Positions 43,598-54,019 of a DNA stretch of 64,000 bases are shown piece by piece. The stretch covers positions 1,578-65,577 of the forward strand of contig CAVTDT010000011.1 in the NCBI GenBank assembly GCA_963733525.1. The letters are read 5' to 3'. The translations under genes and the position numbers were made by a program. Positions within the stretch are counted from its first letter, which is position 1, and the number at the start of each line of letters is the position of its first letter. The DNA is from an uncultured Alphaproteobacteria bacterium (GTDB taxonomy: Bacteria; Pseudomonadota; Alphaproteobacteria; ATCC43930; CGMCC-115725). The notes under the pieces were generated by a model. It saw only the letters and a program-made list of their open reading frames with translations, was not told where the DNA came from and did not search any database.

Positions 43598-44444
43598 AAT
43601 CCAGGCCGACGTCGAGGATCGGCGCGCTGTGGGTGATCGCGCCCGACGAAATCATGTCGACGCCGGCGGCGGCGATCGCTCGTGCGGTCTCCTGGGTGAT
43701 GCGGCCGGAGGCTTCCACCACGGCGCGGTGATCGATGATCCCGACGGCGTCCCGCATCTGCTCCGGTGTCATGTTGTCCAGGAGGATCGCGTCCGCCCGC
43801 GCGGCGAGCGCCTCGTCGATCTGGGCGAGGCCGTCCACCTCCACTTCGATCCTCACCATATGGCCGAGCGCGCCGCGCGCGCGCTCGACGGCGGCGCGGA
43901 TGCCGCCGGCGACGGCGATGTGGTTGTCCTTGAGCAGCACGCCGTCGTCGAGGCCGAAGCGGTGGTTGACGCCGCCGCCGACGCGCACCGCGTATTTCTC
44001 CAGAGCGCGCAGCCCCGGCGTGGTCTTGCGGGTGCAGCAGATGCGCGCGGGATATCCCACCACCGCGTCCACGAGGGCACGCGTCGCGGTGGCGACGCCG
44101 GAGAGATGGCAGAGAAAATTGAGCGCGACGCGCTCGGCCGAGAGCAGCGCTCGCGCCTTGCCGCTCACTGTTGCGATCGCCTCGCCGGCGTCGATGGCGC
44201 TGCCGTCGCCGCGGAAGATCTCGATCGTTGTCGCGGGATCGAGGAGATGAAACGCCATCCGCGCCACGTCGAGACCGGCAACGATGCCGGGCCTGCGGGC
44301 GGCGAGAGCGCCGCGCGCCGTCGCGTCCGCCGGCACGATGGTATCCGTGGTGAGATCGCCGGCGCGGCCGAGATCCTCCAGCAGCGCCGCCCGCACGGTG
44401 GGCTCGATCAGCAGCGCCGGCATCGGCGCGATGTTCCGTTCCAT
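43566..44444 (-). CDS. nadC: Nicotinate-nucleotide pyrophosphorylase (quinolinate phosphoribosyltransferase)
   Basis: Start MERNIAPMPALLIEP, preceded by GGGGAGG. Also TRKTTPGLR and LLDNM; 292 aa. It is the C-terminal part of the fused ORF 43566..45482. Confidence 0.88.
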   Translation of the reverse strand: MERNIAPMPALLIEPTVRAALLEDLGRAGDLTTDTIVPADATARGALAARRPGIVAGLDVARMAFHLLDPATTIEIFRGDGSAIDAGEAIATVSGKARALLSAERVALNFLCHLSGVATATRALVDAVVGYPARICCTRKTTPGLRALEKYAVRVGGGVNHRFGLDDGVLLKDNHIAVAGGIRAAVERARGALGHMVRIEVEVDGLAQIDEALAARADAILLDNMTPEQMRDAVGIIDHRAVVEASGRITQETARAIAAAGVDMISSGAITHSAPILDVGLDFEGELGGRGG

Positions 44445-44455
44445 GTCGTCCTCCC

Positions 44456-45482
44456 CTATCGCCTGCCAACCGCCAGCATGCGCTCTACCGCCTGTCGCGC
44501 GCGGACCGCTACCGTCGGATCGATCGTCACCACGTGCTGCATGGTTTCCAGCGCGCGGCGGATCTTCGGCAGGGTGATCCGCTTCATATGCGGGCAGAGA
44601 TTGCACGGCCGCACGAAATCCACCTCGGGATGCTCGGCCGCCAGGTTGTCGCTCATGGAGCATTCCGTCACCATCACCACACGCTTCGGCTGCCGCGCGG
44701 CGACGTAATCGCTCATGCCAGCGGTCGAGCCCGCGAAATCCGCCTCGGCGATCACCTCGGGCGGACACTCCGGATGCGCCAGCACGATGACCCCGGGATT
44801 GCCCTCGCGGAAGGCGCGGATGTCGGCCGCGGTGAAGCGCTCGTGCACCTCGCAATGGCCCTTCCAGGCGATGATCTCGACCGACGTCTGCTTCGCCACG
44901 TTGAGGGCGAGATACTCGTCGGGGAGGAAGATCACCCGCGGCGCGCCCAGGCTCTCCACCACCTCGACGGCATTGGCCGAGGTGCAGCAGATGTCGGACT
45001 CCGCCTTCACCTCCGCCGACGTATTGACGTAGGTGACGACGGGCACGCCGGGATAGCGCTCGCGCAGCAGGCGCACGTCGGCGCCTGTGATGGACGATGC
45101 AAGGGAGCAGCCGGCCTTGAGGTCCGGGATCAGCACCGTCTTTCCGGGATTGAGGAGCTTCGCGGTCTCCGCCATGAAATGGACGCCCGCGAGCACGATC
45201 ACGTCGGCATCGGTCTTCACCGCCGCCCGCGCCAGCGCGAGCGAATCGCCGACGATGTCGGCGACGCCGTGGTAGATCTCCGGCGTCTGGTAGTTGTGCG
45301 CGAGCACGATGGCGTTGCGCTGGCGCTTCAACTCCCGGATCGCCGTCGACGTCGGCGCGCGAAGAACGGCCATTCACCGGCGGGATGACCCGCCGCACCT
45401 TCTCGTAGATCTCGCCGAGCCGGCCGGCGAAGGCCGGGGATCGGCGTCCCCGCTCCAGGGCCTCGGCTGGGCTCATTTCCAT
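44456..45482 (-). pseudogene. nadA: Quinolinate synthase NadA, with a 5' frameshift or frameshifts near 45350-45376; a 305-aa product from ATG 45373 may still be made
   Basis: ATG 45482 has AAGGAG 7 nt upstream and encodes ...YEKVRRVIPPV. EWPFF is in a second frame. [19 protein letters not shown] onward is in ORF 44456..45373. Confidence 0.65.
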
Positions 45483-45483
45483 A

Positions 45484-45559
45484 TATACTCTCCTTGAGCA
45501 TATCTGGCGTCAAAAAACACGGCGGATGCCGCTGCCATTAATGCTGTGGATTGAGCATA
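45484..45559. promoter_or_regulatory. Candidate operator region in the nadQ-nadA divergent spacer: two copies of TTGAGCATA
   Basis: TTGAGCATA occurs at 45494-45502 and 45551-45559. The first is the right half of the imperfect palindrome TATACTCT-CCT-TGAGCATA (45484-45502), which overlaps the nadA ribosome-binding site. Confidence 0.4.
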
Positions 45560-45574
45560 ACGAAAGTCAAGCGG

Positions 45575-46594
45575 CTAGCGCAGCCGGCCCTGCCGCGCTA
45601 CCGGCAGGCGCACGCCCGGCGCCGGGCGCTCGACCAGGACCTCGCGACGGAAGCGGAACTGCTCCGCCGGCCGGCCGCCGGTGCCGCGCTCCCACTCGCC
45701 GACGCCCTCGACGAGGCCGCCCTGTTCCACCAGGCGGCGGAAGTTCTGCTTGTGAAGCCCCATGCCGGCGAGCGCCTCCACGGTCTGCTGCAGGCGCAGC
45801 AGCGTGAAGGTCGGCGGCATCAGCTCGAACACCACCGGCCGGTACTTGAGCTTGCCGCGGAGCCGGCTCATGGCGGTGGCGAGGATGCGCCGGTGGTCGA
45901 AGGCCATCGGCTGGCCCAGCGCCGCCACGCCCGCCTCCGCCGCCAAGCCGCGGTCGCGACGCGCCTCGGCGACGAGACCGGCCTCGTAGAGCAGCTCGTA
46001 GCGCTCGAGCACGCGCTCCTCGTCCCAGCGCGCCGCCGCCAGGCCGAAGGTGGTGCGGACGCGCGTCGTCGCGCCGGCGACGCTGCTCGTGGTCACGCGT
46101 CGACTGCGCCCAGGCGGCGAGCGCCGGCACGATCGCGTCGTCGATCACCGCCGGCCGGCCGTGCCGCCCGTCCTCCCAGGGAAAGTAGCGATACCAGTCG
46201 CGCCACAGGGCTCGCCCTTCCCCGCCGGCTTCGCCTCGCGCACCAGCGCGAGATAGCCGATCGAGACGACGCGCGCGCCGGCACCGTCGGGCACGCCGCC
46301 CTCGCGGCCGAGATCGGCGAAGGTATAGAGCTGCTCGACATAGCCCGAGCGGAGATCGGTCTGCTCGCCGACCCAGGCGCGCAATCCCAGCTCGAGCGTC
46401 CGGTGGCCCTCGGGATCGAACGGGCCGAAGGGCAGCGCCTCGATGGCCTCGGCGCCACTGGATTTTCGTTTGCGCTCGCGACCCAGGGAATGCGTGACGC
46501 GACGCACCGTGAGGACGCGCGGCTCGCCCGCGGTGACCGCGATCACCACGGCGTTCAGTCCGATGACGATGTCCGAGAGCCGACGCCCTGCCAC
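45575..46594 (-). pseudogene. nadQ: Nudix-like NAD-biosynthesis regulator (NadQ/COG4111-type: Nudix fold + winged helix), with two frameshifts (about 46200 and about 46085)
   Basis: The N-terminus is in ORF 46145..46594 (ALPFGPFDP..HRTLE..YVEQLYTF). The middle, WRDWYRYFPWEDGRHGRPAVIDDAIV, is in the frame of ORF 45567..46148. The C-terminus is in ORF 45575..46096 (KQNFRRLVEQGGLVE). The gene is divergent from nadA. Confidence 0.6.
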
Positions 46595-46621
46595 TCTCGC
46601 CCCCGCCCCTGCCGACCGCGC

Positions 46622-47707
46622 TCAGTATCCTTCAGATATCAGCGGGAACGCGCTGTGGATATGCGTCTCGCGCACCGGCGGCGCCGGATGCAGATAGGAT
46701 TTGTCGAGGCGCGCGAAGCTGTCGACACCCAGCAGGCCCATGGACGTCCGGATCTCCGTCTCCAGGAGCTCGAGCACGCGAGTGACGCCGGCCTGTCCGG
46801 CGGCGCCGAGGCCGTAGAGGTAGAGCCGCCCCACCGCCACCAGATCGGCGCCAAGAGCCATCGCCTTGATGATATCGGTGCCGCGGCAGAAGCCGCCGTC
46901 GACGATGATCTGCGCCCGGCCCTTCACCGCCGCCACCACCTCCGGCAGCACGTCGAGGGCGCCGCGGCCCTGGTCGAGCTGACGGCCGCCGTGGTTGGAG
47001 ACATAGATGCTCTCCACGCCGTGCTCCAAGGCAATCACAGCGTCCTCGGCGGTGGCGATGCCCTTGAGGATAAGGGGGATCTTGTACCTGTCCTTGAGAC
47101 GCTTCACCTGCGTCCAGCTCAGGGCCGCCTGGTAGTCCGTGCCGGTGACGTCGCGCCGCCAGGGCTTCGCGAAGCGGAGCGCGATGTCGCGCTCCCGGCG
47201 GCTGTAGATCGCGGTGTCGACGGTGAGGCAGAACGCGTCGTAGCCGGCGGCGATGGCGCGCTTGGCGTGATCGTCGACGAAGGCGTCGTCACCACGTACA
47301 TAGAGCTGAAAGATGCGCCGGCCGTCCGGCGCGGCGGCAGCGGTCGCCTCGAGGCCCGGCTGCGACACCGAGCTCAGGAACATCGGCACACCGAACGCGC
47401 TCGCCGCCTTGACGACGGCGGTGCCGCCGGCGGGATCGAAGGATTCAAGCGAGCCCACCGGCGCCAGCGCCACGGGAATGCGCAGGGACTTGCCGAGGAA
47501 GCGACCGCTGACGTCGATCTTCGAGACGTCGCGCAACACGCGCGGCCGGAACGCCAGGGAATCGATCGCCAGGCGATTGCGCCGCATCGTCGTCTCGGTG
47601 TCGGCGGCGCCGATCAGATAGTTCCAGATATTGTTCGGCAGCCGCTCGCGCGCGCCCTTGACCAGCTCGTGCAGGGTCAGGAAATCGCCGCTGGTTTCGC
47701 TCAGCAT
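46622..47707 (-). CDS. FMN-dependent alpha-hydroxy-acid dehydrogenase/oxidase (LldD / glycolate oxidase family)
   Basis: 361 aa with SNHGGRQLD and VDGGFCRGTD. Confidence 0.85.
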   Translation of the reverse strand: MLSETSGDFLTLHELVKGARERLPNNIWNYLIGAADTETTMRRNRLAIDSLAFRPRVLRDVSKIDVSGRFLGKSLRIPVALAPVGSLESFDPAGGTAVVKAASAFGVPMFLSSVSQPGLEATAAAAPDGRRIFQLYVRGDDAFVDDHAKRAIAAGYDAFCLTVDTAIYSRRERDIALRFAKPWRRDVTGTDYQAALSWTQVKRLKDRYKIPLILKGIATAEDAVIALEHGVESIYVSNHGGRQLDQGRGALDVLPEVVAAVKGRAQIIVDGGFCRGTDIIKAMALGADLVAVGRLYLYGLGAAGQAGVTRVLELLETEIRTSMGLLGVDSFARLDKSYLHPAPPVRETHIHSAFPLISEGY

Positions 47708-47807
47708 GAGAAGAGCCCGTCCTTTGAATGTTTCCGTCCCGTAGCGCGGCTGCCACGGTAGGGCTCGATCGCCGCCGAGCGCAACGGTCTCGTTCGGCGG
47801 CCTCGGC

Positions 47808-48701
47808 TCAGGCCTCCAGCAGGCCGGCGGCGTTGAAGCCGCCGTCGACGTTGAGGACGTGGCCGGTGATGTAGGAGGCCTCGTCGGAGGCCAGGAACAG
47901 GATCGCCGCCGAGACTTCCGCCGGCGTACCGAAGCGCTTCAGCGGCAGCGCGGCCTCATAGGCTGCGCGCGTGCTCGTGCGATGGACGCCGATGAAGGGC
48001 GTCTCGATCGGTCCGGGCGAGACCGCGTTGACGCGGATTCCCCGCGGCGCCAGCTCCACCGCCATCACCCGAGTGAGCTGGATGACCGCCGCCTTGGTGG
48101 CACCATAGGCGGCGCGCAGCACGCTGCCGCGCTGGCCGGAGATCGAGGCGAGCGTCACCATGCTGCCGCCGGGCGCCATCCGGCGCGCCGCCTCCTGGCA
48201 GATCGCCAGCGTGCCGCCGACATTTACGCGATGCATGCGATCGAGTTCTGCGCGATCCGTCTCGAGGAACGGGCGCAGCGTCACGATGCCAGCGCTGCAG
48301 ACGACGACGTCGGGGGCGCCGAGCGACGCCGCGCATTCCGCCACCGCGGCGCCGGCGGCGCCGCTCTCGGTGAGATCGCACGGCAGAAAGAGCGCCGGCC
48401 GTCCCGCCGCTTCGATCTCGTCGACAAGCGCCTCGCCCGCGGCGCGGTTGCGGCCCAGCGCCGCCACCGCCGCGCCTTCCGCGGCAAAGCGCCGGGCAGC
48501 GTCGAGACCGATGCCGCTGGTGGCGCCGGTGACCAGCACGACCTTGCCGGCGAAGCGTGGCGCCAAACGAATTGCCGAGACCGCCGGGTCACCGCGCGGC
48601 GCAATCTCATAGATGCGTTCGACGACAGGAGCGTGACGATGTCGGTCGTCGACCTCGACTCGCTCGACCTCGATCACCTCGTCAGGATCGGGCTTGTGCA
48701 T
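47808..48701 (-). CDS. Short-chain dehydrogenase/reductase; the N-terminal ~45 codons may not be translated
   Basis: VLVTGATSGIG, YGATKAAV and a PG motif. Confidence 0.75.
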   Translation of the reverse strand: MHKPDPDEVIEVERVEVDDRHRHAPVVERIYEIAPRGDPAVSAIRLAPRFAGKVVLVTGATSGIGLDAARRFAAEGAAVAALGRNRAAGEALVDEIEAAGRPALFLPCDLTESGAAGAAVAECAASLGAPDVVVCSAGIVTLRPFLETDRAELDRMHRVNVGGTLAICQEAARRMAPGGSMVTLASISGQRGSVLRAAYGATKAAVIQLTRVMAVELAPRGIRVNAVSPGPIETPFIGVHRTSTRAAYEAALPLKRFGTPAEVSAAILFLASDEASYITGHVLNVDGGFNAAGLLEA

Positions 48702-49032
48702 CGCGCTGATCCCCCGCTCGCATCACTAGTCGAGAATCTATCCCAACACCAGCGCGGAGGCTATCGCTGGCGTGTCCAATTGGACGAAAATTTGCGCGAC
48801 CGGATCTGATTCTTTTCTCGGCTTTCTGCTCACCGATGTTGCAATGTTCGTGTGCCAACGACAGCGCCGCGCAATTCGGGTGGCGCGCGGACGTTCTCGC
48901 GTGGAAGTGGCGTCGCCAGGCGGTCAATGCCGCCGCGCGGAGCCGTTCGCCCCGGTCTCTCGCCCGCTCTTGCCGCACTCGGGCGGGACGCTTACGCTTC
49001 TGGGTACTGCGCGGTTGGTCGAGAGGTGAGCC

Positions 49033-49851
49033 GTGGCCGAGATAGTGCGTCCGCTGGAAGCCGCCGTCGCCGTCATCGAGAATGGCATGACGGTGGTGGT
49101 GCCGCCCGACTACAGCGGCGTCGCCATGGAGGCGACGCGCGCCCTCATTCGCCGCGGCGTCGCCGGCCTTCGCCTGCTGACCCTGCCGACCTCGTCGCTG
49201 CAGGCGGACCTGCTGATCGGTGCCGGCGCGCTGGCGGAGATCGAGACCTCGGCGGTCGCCATGGGCGAGCTTGGCCCCGGCCCGCGCTTCGCCGCGGCGG
49301 CGAAAGCGGGATCGCTTCCGATCAAGGACGCCACCTGCCCCGCGCTCCATGCCGCGCTGCAGGCATCGGAGAAGGGCGTGCCATTCCTGCCGCTGCGCGG
49401 CGTCATCGGCTCCGATCTCCTGAACGTGCGTCGGGATTGGAAAGTGATCGACAATCCCCTCGGCGAGAACGACCCGATCCTGATCGTACCCGCGATCCGG
49501 CCGGACGTGGCGCTCTTCCATGCGCCCTTCGCCGACCGGCACGGCAATGTCTGGGTCGGGCGACGCCGCGAGCTCTTCACTATGGCGCATGCCTCGGCGC
49601 GGAGCGTCGTCACGGTCGAGGAGATCAGGGACGGCAATCTGCTGGAGGACGAGATGCTCGCGGGCGCCACCATCCCCGCCTTCTATGTCGAGGCGGTGGC
49701 GCTGGCCCCGAAGGGCACCTGGCCCCTCAAGTTCGGCTCGCGCTATCCCGAGGACAGCGCCCACATCCAGGAATACATGCGGCTTGCCGCCACCGAGGAG
49801 GGATTCCGGACGTATCTCGAGCGCTATGTTTTCGAGCGTCGCGCGGCCTGA
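49033..49851 (+). CDS. CoA-transferase subunit A (glutaconate-CoA-transferase-like)
   Basis: 272-aa ORF paired with a B subunit immediately downstream. Confidence 0.65.
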   Translation: MAEIVRPLEAAVAVIENGMTVVVPPDYSGVAMEATRALIRRGVAGLRLLTLPTSSLQADLLIGAGALAEIETSAVAMGELGPGPRFAAAAKAGSLPIKDATCPALHAALQASEKGVPFLPLRGVIGSDLLNVRRDWKVIDNPLGENDPILIVPAIRPDVALFHAPFADRHGNVWVGRRRELFTMAHASARSVVTVEEIRDGNLLEDEMLAGATIPAFYVEAVALAPKGTWPLKFGSRYPEDSAHIQEYMRLAATEEGFRTYLERYVFERRAA

Positions 49852-49854
49852 CGC

Positions 49855-50623
49855 ATGAGCGCCGCTCCGGGGCCCGTAGCCCGAGGAAGTCCTGATCGAC
49901 GTGGTGCTGCGCCTGATCGCCGGCGCGAAGCACGTGGCGGTGGGCGCCAACTCGCCGATCCCCGCCGCCGCTGCCTTCCTGGCGCAGCGCCTGGGCGGGG
50001 GCCGGCCGTACGTCTCGCTGCAGCAGAGTCCCAAGCACAATCTCTTCACCGACGGCGGCCGCGAGCTCTTCGACGCCGCGGGCCAGGGCCGCATCGACGT
50101 GTTCTTCCTGTCGGGCGCGCAGATCGACGGCGAGGGCAACATCAACCTCGTCGCGGTCGGCGACTACGCGCATCCAAAGGCGCGCTTCCCCGGATCCTTC
50201 GGCTCGGCCTACCTCTATTTCGTGGTGCCGCGCGTGATCCTGTTCCGCACCGAGCATTCGCGCCGGACCCTGGTTCCCAAGGTCGACTTCGTGAGCGCGC
50301 CGGGCGTGAGCCCGCCCAATGTCTATCGCCGCGGCGGGCCGGTGGCGCTGGTGACGCCGCTCTGCCATTTCGCCTTCGACAGGGCGCGCGGCCGCTTCCG
50401 CCTGGAGAGCGTGCACCCCGGCCACACTGCCGAGGAGGTGCTGGACATGACCGGTTTCGAGTTCGATCGTCCCGCCGCGGTACCGGTGACGCCGGCGCCA
50501 AAGCCCGAGACGCTCGATCTCTTGCGGCGGACCATTGCGCCGGAGCTGCAGACGCTCTATCCCCAATTCGCCGCCCGCGTCTTTGGCCTCGCCGAAGGCG
50601 CCAGTCCCACCGCCGCAGCCTGA
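49855..50623 (+). CDS. CoA-transferase subunit B; either it starts at GTG 49901 or it carries a frameshift near 49880
   Basis: The homologous frame (EEVLIDVVLRLIAGAKHVAVGANSPIP...) is closed by a TAG just upstream, while an ATG at 49855 is in another frame. Confidence 0.55.
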
Positions 50624-50633
50624 CGGAAAACCC

Positions 50634-51851
50634 ATGAGCCAGAGCAACAACGCCGGCGCGCTCGCCGGCATCAAGGTGATCGATCTGAGCCGCGTGCTGG
50701 GCGGCCCCTACTGCACGCAGATGCTGGCCGATCACGGCGCCGAGGTGATCAAGATCGAGCCGCCGCAGGGCGATGAGACCCGCACCTGGGGCCCGCCGTT
50801 CCAGGGCGACGCCGCCTCGTATTTCATCGGCATCAACCGCAACAAGCGCGGCGTCGCCCTCGACCTCTCCAAGCCCGAGGGCCGCGACGTGGTGCTGCGC
50901 CTTCTGGAGAGCGCCGACGTGCTGGTGGAGAATTTCAAGACCGGCACCTTGGAGAAATGGGGCATGGGCTACGAGGAGGTGCTGAAGCAGCGCTTCCCCC
51001 GCCTCATCCATTGCCGCGTCTCCGGCTTCGGCGCCGACGGGCCGCTGGGCGGATATCCCGGCTACGACGCCGTGGTGCAGGCGATGGCCGGCCTCATGAG
51101 CCTCAACGGCGAGCCCGAGGGCGCGCCGGTGCGCGTCGGCGTGCCGGTGGTCGATCTCGCCACCGGCATGAACTCCACCATCGCGATCCTGCTGGCGCTG
51201 CAGGAGCGCGCGCGCTCCGGCCGCGGCCAGTTCGTGGAAGTGACGCTCTACGACAGCGCGGTGGCGCTGCTCCACCCCTACACCATCAACTGGTTCCTCT
51301 CGAAGACGGCGCCCAAGCGCACCGGCAACCAGCACCCGAACGTCAGCCCCTACGACCAGTTCCGCACCAAGACGAAGCGCATCTTCGTCGCCGTCGGCAA
51401 CGACCGGCAGTTCCAGCGCTTCTGCGCCGAGATCGGCCGGCCGGAACTGGTGCAGGATCCGCGCTTCCGCAGCAATGGCGACCGCGTGGTCAACCGCGCG
51501 GCGCTGCGCGAGGAGCTCGAGGCCGGGCTCGCCTCGATCGACGGCGAGCAGCTCGCGATGACGCTGCTGGAAAAGGGCGTGCCTTGCGGGCCGGTGCTGG
51601 ACGTGCCCGACGTGGTGCAGCATCCGCACACGCGTCACCGCGGCATGGTGGTCGAGCACGGCGCCTATCGCGGCATCGGCAACCCCGTGAAGCTCTCGCG
51701 CACGCCGGCGAGCGTGCGCTCGACGCCGCCGGTGTTCGGCTCCTCGACGCGGGAGGTGCTCGCCGAGGCCGGCTACACCGAGAGCGAGATCGACGCGCTC
51801 TTCGCCGGCGGCGTCGCCATCGAGACGCCGCGCAAGGCGGCGGCGGAATAG
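50634..51851 (+). CDS. Family III CoA-transferase (CaiB/BaiF)
   Basis: MSQSNNAGALAGIKVIDLSRVLGGPYCTQMLADHGAEVIKIEPP; 405 aa. Confidence 0.85.
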   Translation: MSQSNNAGALAGIKVIDLSRVLGGPYCTQMLADHGAEVIKIEPPQGDETRTWGPPFQGDAASYFIGINRNKRGVALDLSKPEGRDVVLRLLESADVLVENFKTGTLEKWGMGYEEVLKQRFPRLIHCRVSGFGADGPLGGYPGYDAVVQAMAGLMSLNGEPEGAPVRVGVPVVDLATGMNSTIAILLALQERARSGRGQFVEVTLYDSAVALLHPYTINWFLSKTAPKRTGNQHPNVSPYDQFRTKTKRIFVAVGNDRQFQRFCAEIGRPELVQDPRFRSNGDRVVNRAALREELEAGLASIDGEQLAMTLLEKGVPCGPVLDVPDVVQHPHTRHRGMVVEHGAYRGIGNPVKLSRTPASVRSTPPVFGSSTREVLAEAGYTESEIDALFAGGVAIETPRKAAAE

Positions 51852-51863
51852 CGCCGGAGAATC

Positions 51864-52316
51864 GTGGCGATGAGCGATGCTGCCGAGCGGCCGCTTCCTC
51901 CGGCGACGGAGCGCGGCTCCTACGGGATCTGGGCGCACGACAAGCTGCGCTACGGCGACACCGACCGGCAGGGCCACGTCAACAACGCGGTCTTCGCCAC
52001 CTTCTGCGAGACCGGCCGGGTGAGCTTTCTTTATGACGACAGGTTGCAGCTCGCCGGAGCCGGCGCCAACTTCGTGGTGGTGCGTCTGGAGCTCGATTTC
52101 CGCGCCGAGCTCTTCTATCCCGGCCAGATCGATATCGGGACCCGGGTCCTCGCCATCGGCCGCAGCTCCTTCCGTGTCGGCCAGGGCATCTTCAAGGGCG
52201 ATACCTGCGCCGCCACCGCCGAGTCCGTCATGGTGCTGATGGACGATGCCACTCGCAAGGCGAAGCCGCTGACGCCACAGCTTCGCCAGTGGCTCGAGGG
52301 CCGCCTCGCCTCGTAA
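51864..52316 (+). CDS. Hotdog-fold acyl-CoA thioesterase (4HBT/YbgC-like)
   Basis: 150 aa with YGDTDRQGHVNNAVF. Confidence 0.75.
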   Translation: MAMSDAAERPLPPATERGSYGIWAHDKLRYGDTDRQGHVNNAVFATFCETGRVSFLYDDRLQLAGAGANFVVVRLELDFRAELFYPGQIDIGTRVLAIGRSSFRVGQGIFKGDTCAATAESVMVLMDDATRKAKPLTPQLRQWLEGRLAS

Positions 52317-52616
52317 GGTCCGACTCCGCACAATACCGCGCCGTCGATGGGCAATATCCCGCAGCGCACAACTTCATCTCTGCGTGGGATGGCGTCGGCT
52401 TCGTCGTATGGAGAATTGATCAGTTGCTCTTTTTATGCCTCAATTCCAAAGTGCGGGTGCCAGCCTGCAGTGTTATCTGGGTTAACTATGCTCGGATGTG
52501 CTGAAGAATTAGGCTCTGATCTCACGAGCGGCTGGCATAACTAAGTCGAATCGAGGGGATATTTAACCCCGGGGGCAGAGCATAGGGACGGAACAACGAA
52601 GACGGGGCTCACTCAC

Positions 52617-53997
52617 ATGGCGCTATTCTCATTTCTCGACAGACAGCACACGGTCGCGCCGCCGGGCTACAGCCGCTGGCTGATCCCGCCCGCGGCGCTC
52701 TGCGTGCATCTCTGCATCGGCCAGGCCTACGCGTTCAGCGTGTTCAACCTGCCGATGACCAAGCTGCTCGGCATCACGCCAGTCGGCGCCCGATGACTGG
52801 AAGCTGACCGAGCTCGGCTGGATCTTCAGCATCGGCATCTTCTTCCTCGGCGCCTCGGCGGCGCTGCTCGGCCGCTGGGTCGAGGAAGGCGGGCCGCGCA
52901 AGGCGATGTTCGCCGCGGCGCTTGTGCTTGGGCGGCGGCTTCGTCGTCGTCCGCGCATCGGCGTCTATGTCCACAACATCTGGCTCGTCTATCTCGGCTA
53001 CGGCGTGCTCGGCGGCTTCGGCCTCGGCATCGGCTACATCTCGCCGGTCTCGACCCTGATCAAATGGTTCCCCGACCGGCCGGGCATGGCGACCGGCATG
53101 GCGATCATGGGCTTCGGCGGCGGCGCCTTCATCGCCTCGCCGCTCTCGGTCTGGCTGATGGCGCACTTCTCGACGCCGACTCATGTCGGCGTCGCCGAGA
53201 CCTTCGTCGCGATGGGCGTCGATCTACTTCTGCTTCATGATGGTCGGCGCCGCCATCGTGCGCGTGCCCGCGCCGGGCTGGAAGCCCGAGGGCTACGTGC
53301 GCGCCGGCGCAGCCGAAGAAGCTGATCACCACCCAGAACGTCTACGTCTATCAAGCGCTGAAGACGCCGCAGTTCTGGCTGATCTGGTGGGTGCTCTGCC
53401 TCAACGTCACCGCCGGCATCGGCGTGCTGGGCCAGGCCTCGGCGATGAGCCAGGAGATGTTCCCGGGCCGCGTCACGCCGGTGGCGGCGGCGGGCTTCGT
53501 CGGCCTGATGAGCCTCTTCAACATGGGCGGCCGCTTCTTCTGGGCCTCGATGTCGGACATCATCGGCCGCAAGAACACCTACTTCGTGTTCTTCGCGCTC
53601 GGCACCGTGCTCTATGCCTTCGTGCCCTCTACCGGCGCGATCGGCAGCGTCGCGCTGTTCGTGCTGTGCCTACGCGGTCATCTTCAGCATGTACGGCGGC
53701 GGCTTCGCCACCATGCCGGCCTATCTCCGCGACATGTTCGGCACCCGCTACGTCGGCGCCATCCACGGGCTGCTGCTCACCGCCTGGTCGATGGCCGGCA
53801 TCTTCGGGCCGGTGCTGGTGAACTACATCCGCGAGTACAACATCGACCACGGCGTCGCCAAGGCGCAGGCCTACAACGTCACCATGTACGTGATGGCGGT
53901 GCTGCTGGTGGTGGGCTTCATCTGCAACTACTTCATCCAGGCGGTGCATCGAGCGGCATCACATGACAGCGACGAGGCCGCCGAGGCGGCGCTCTAG
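52617..53997 (+). pseudogene. MFS transporter of the oxalate/formate antiporter (OFA) family, with at least 5 frameshifts
   Basis: One transporter sequence is spread over ORFs 52906..53325, 53183..53821, 53391..53966 and 53614..53997, plus an unlisted 5' piece (MALFSFLDRQHTVAPPGYSRWLIPPAALCVHLCIGQAYAFSVFN). The switches lie near 52786, 52930-52950, 53222, 53300 and 53672. Confidence 0.8.
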
Positions 53998-54019
53998 GGC
54001 GGATCGGAAGGAAACGAAC

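Noticed and set aside
43566-45482. A 638-aa ORF and a 551-aa ORF (40586..42241) look like novel multidomain fusions.
   Set aside because: Each is an artefact. The first is nadC preceded by out-of-frame read-through of nadA. The second is ispD, then an out-of-frame passage across ispF, then pgpA, which happens to be in the same frame.
45551-47761. There are very long ORFs in the track, for example 45551..47761 (+, 736 aa), 50142..52331 (-, 729 aa), 19353..21089 (-, 578 aa), 15110..16468 (-, 452 aa), 48682..50145 (-, 487 aa) and 62652..63674 (-).
   Set aside because: These are Arg/Ala/Gly/Pro-rich shadow ORFs lying antisense or out of frame to clearly homologous genes. This is typical of high-GC DNA, where stop codons are rare. 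None shows a recognisable motif.
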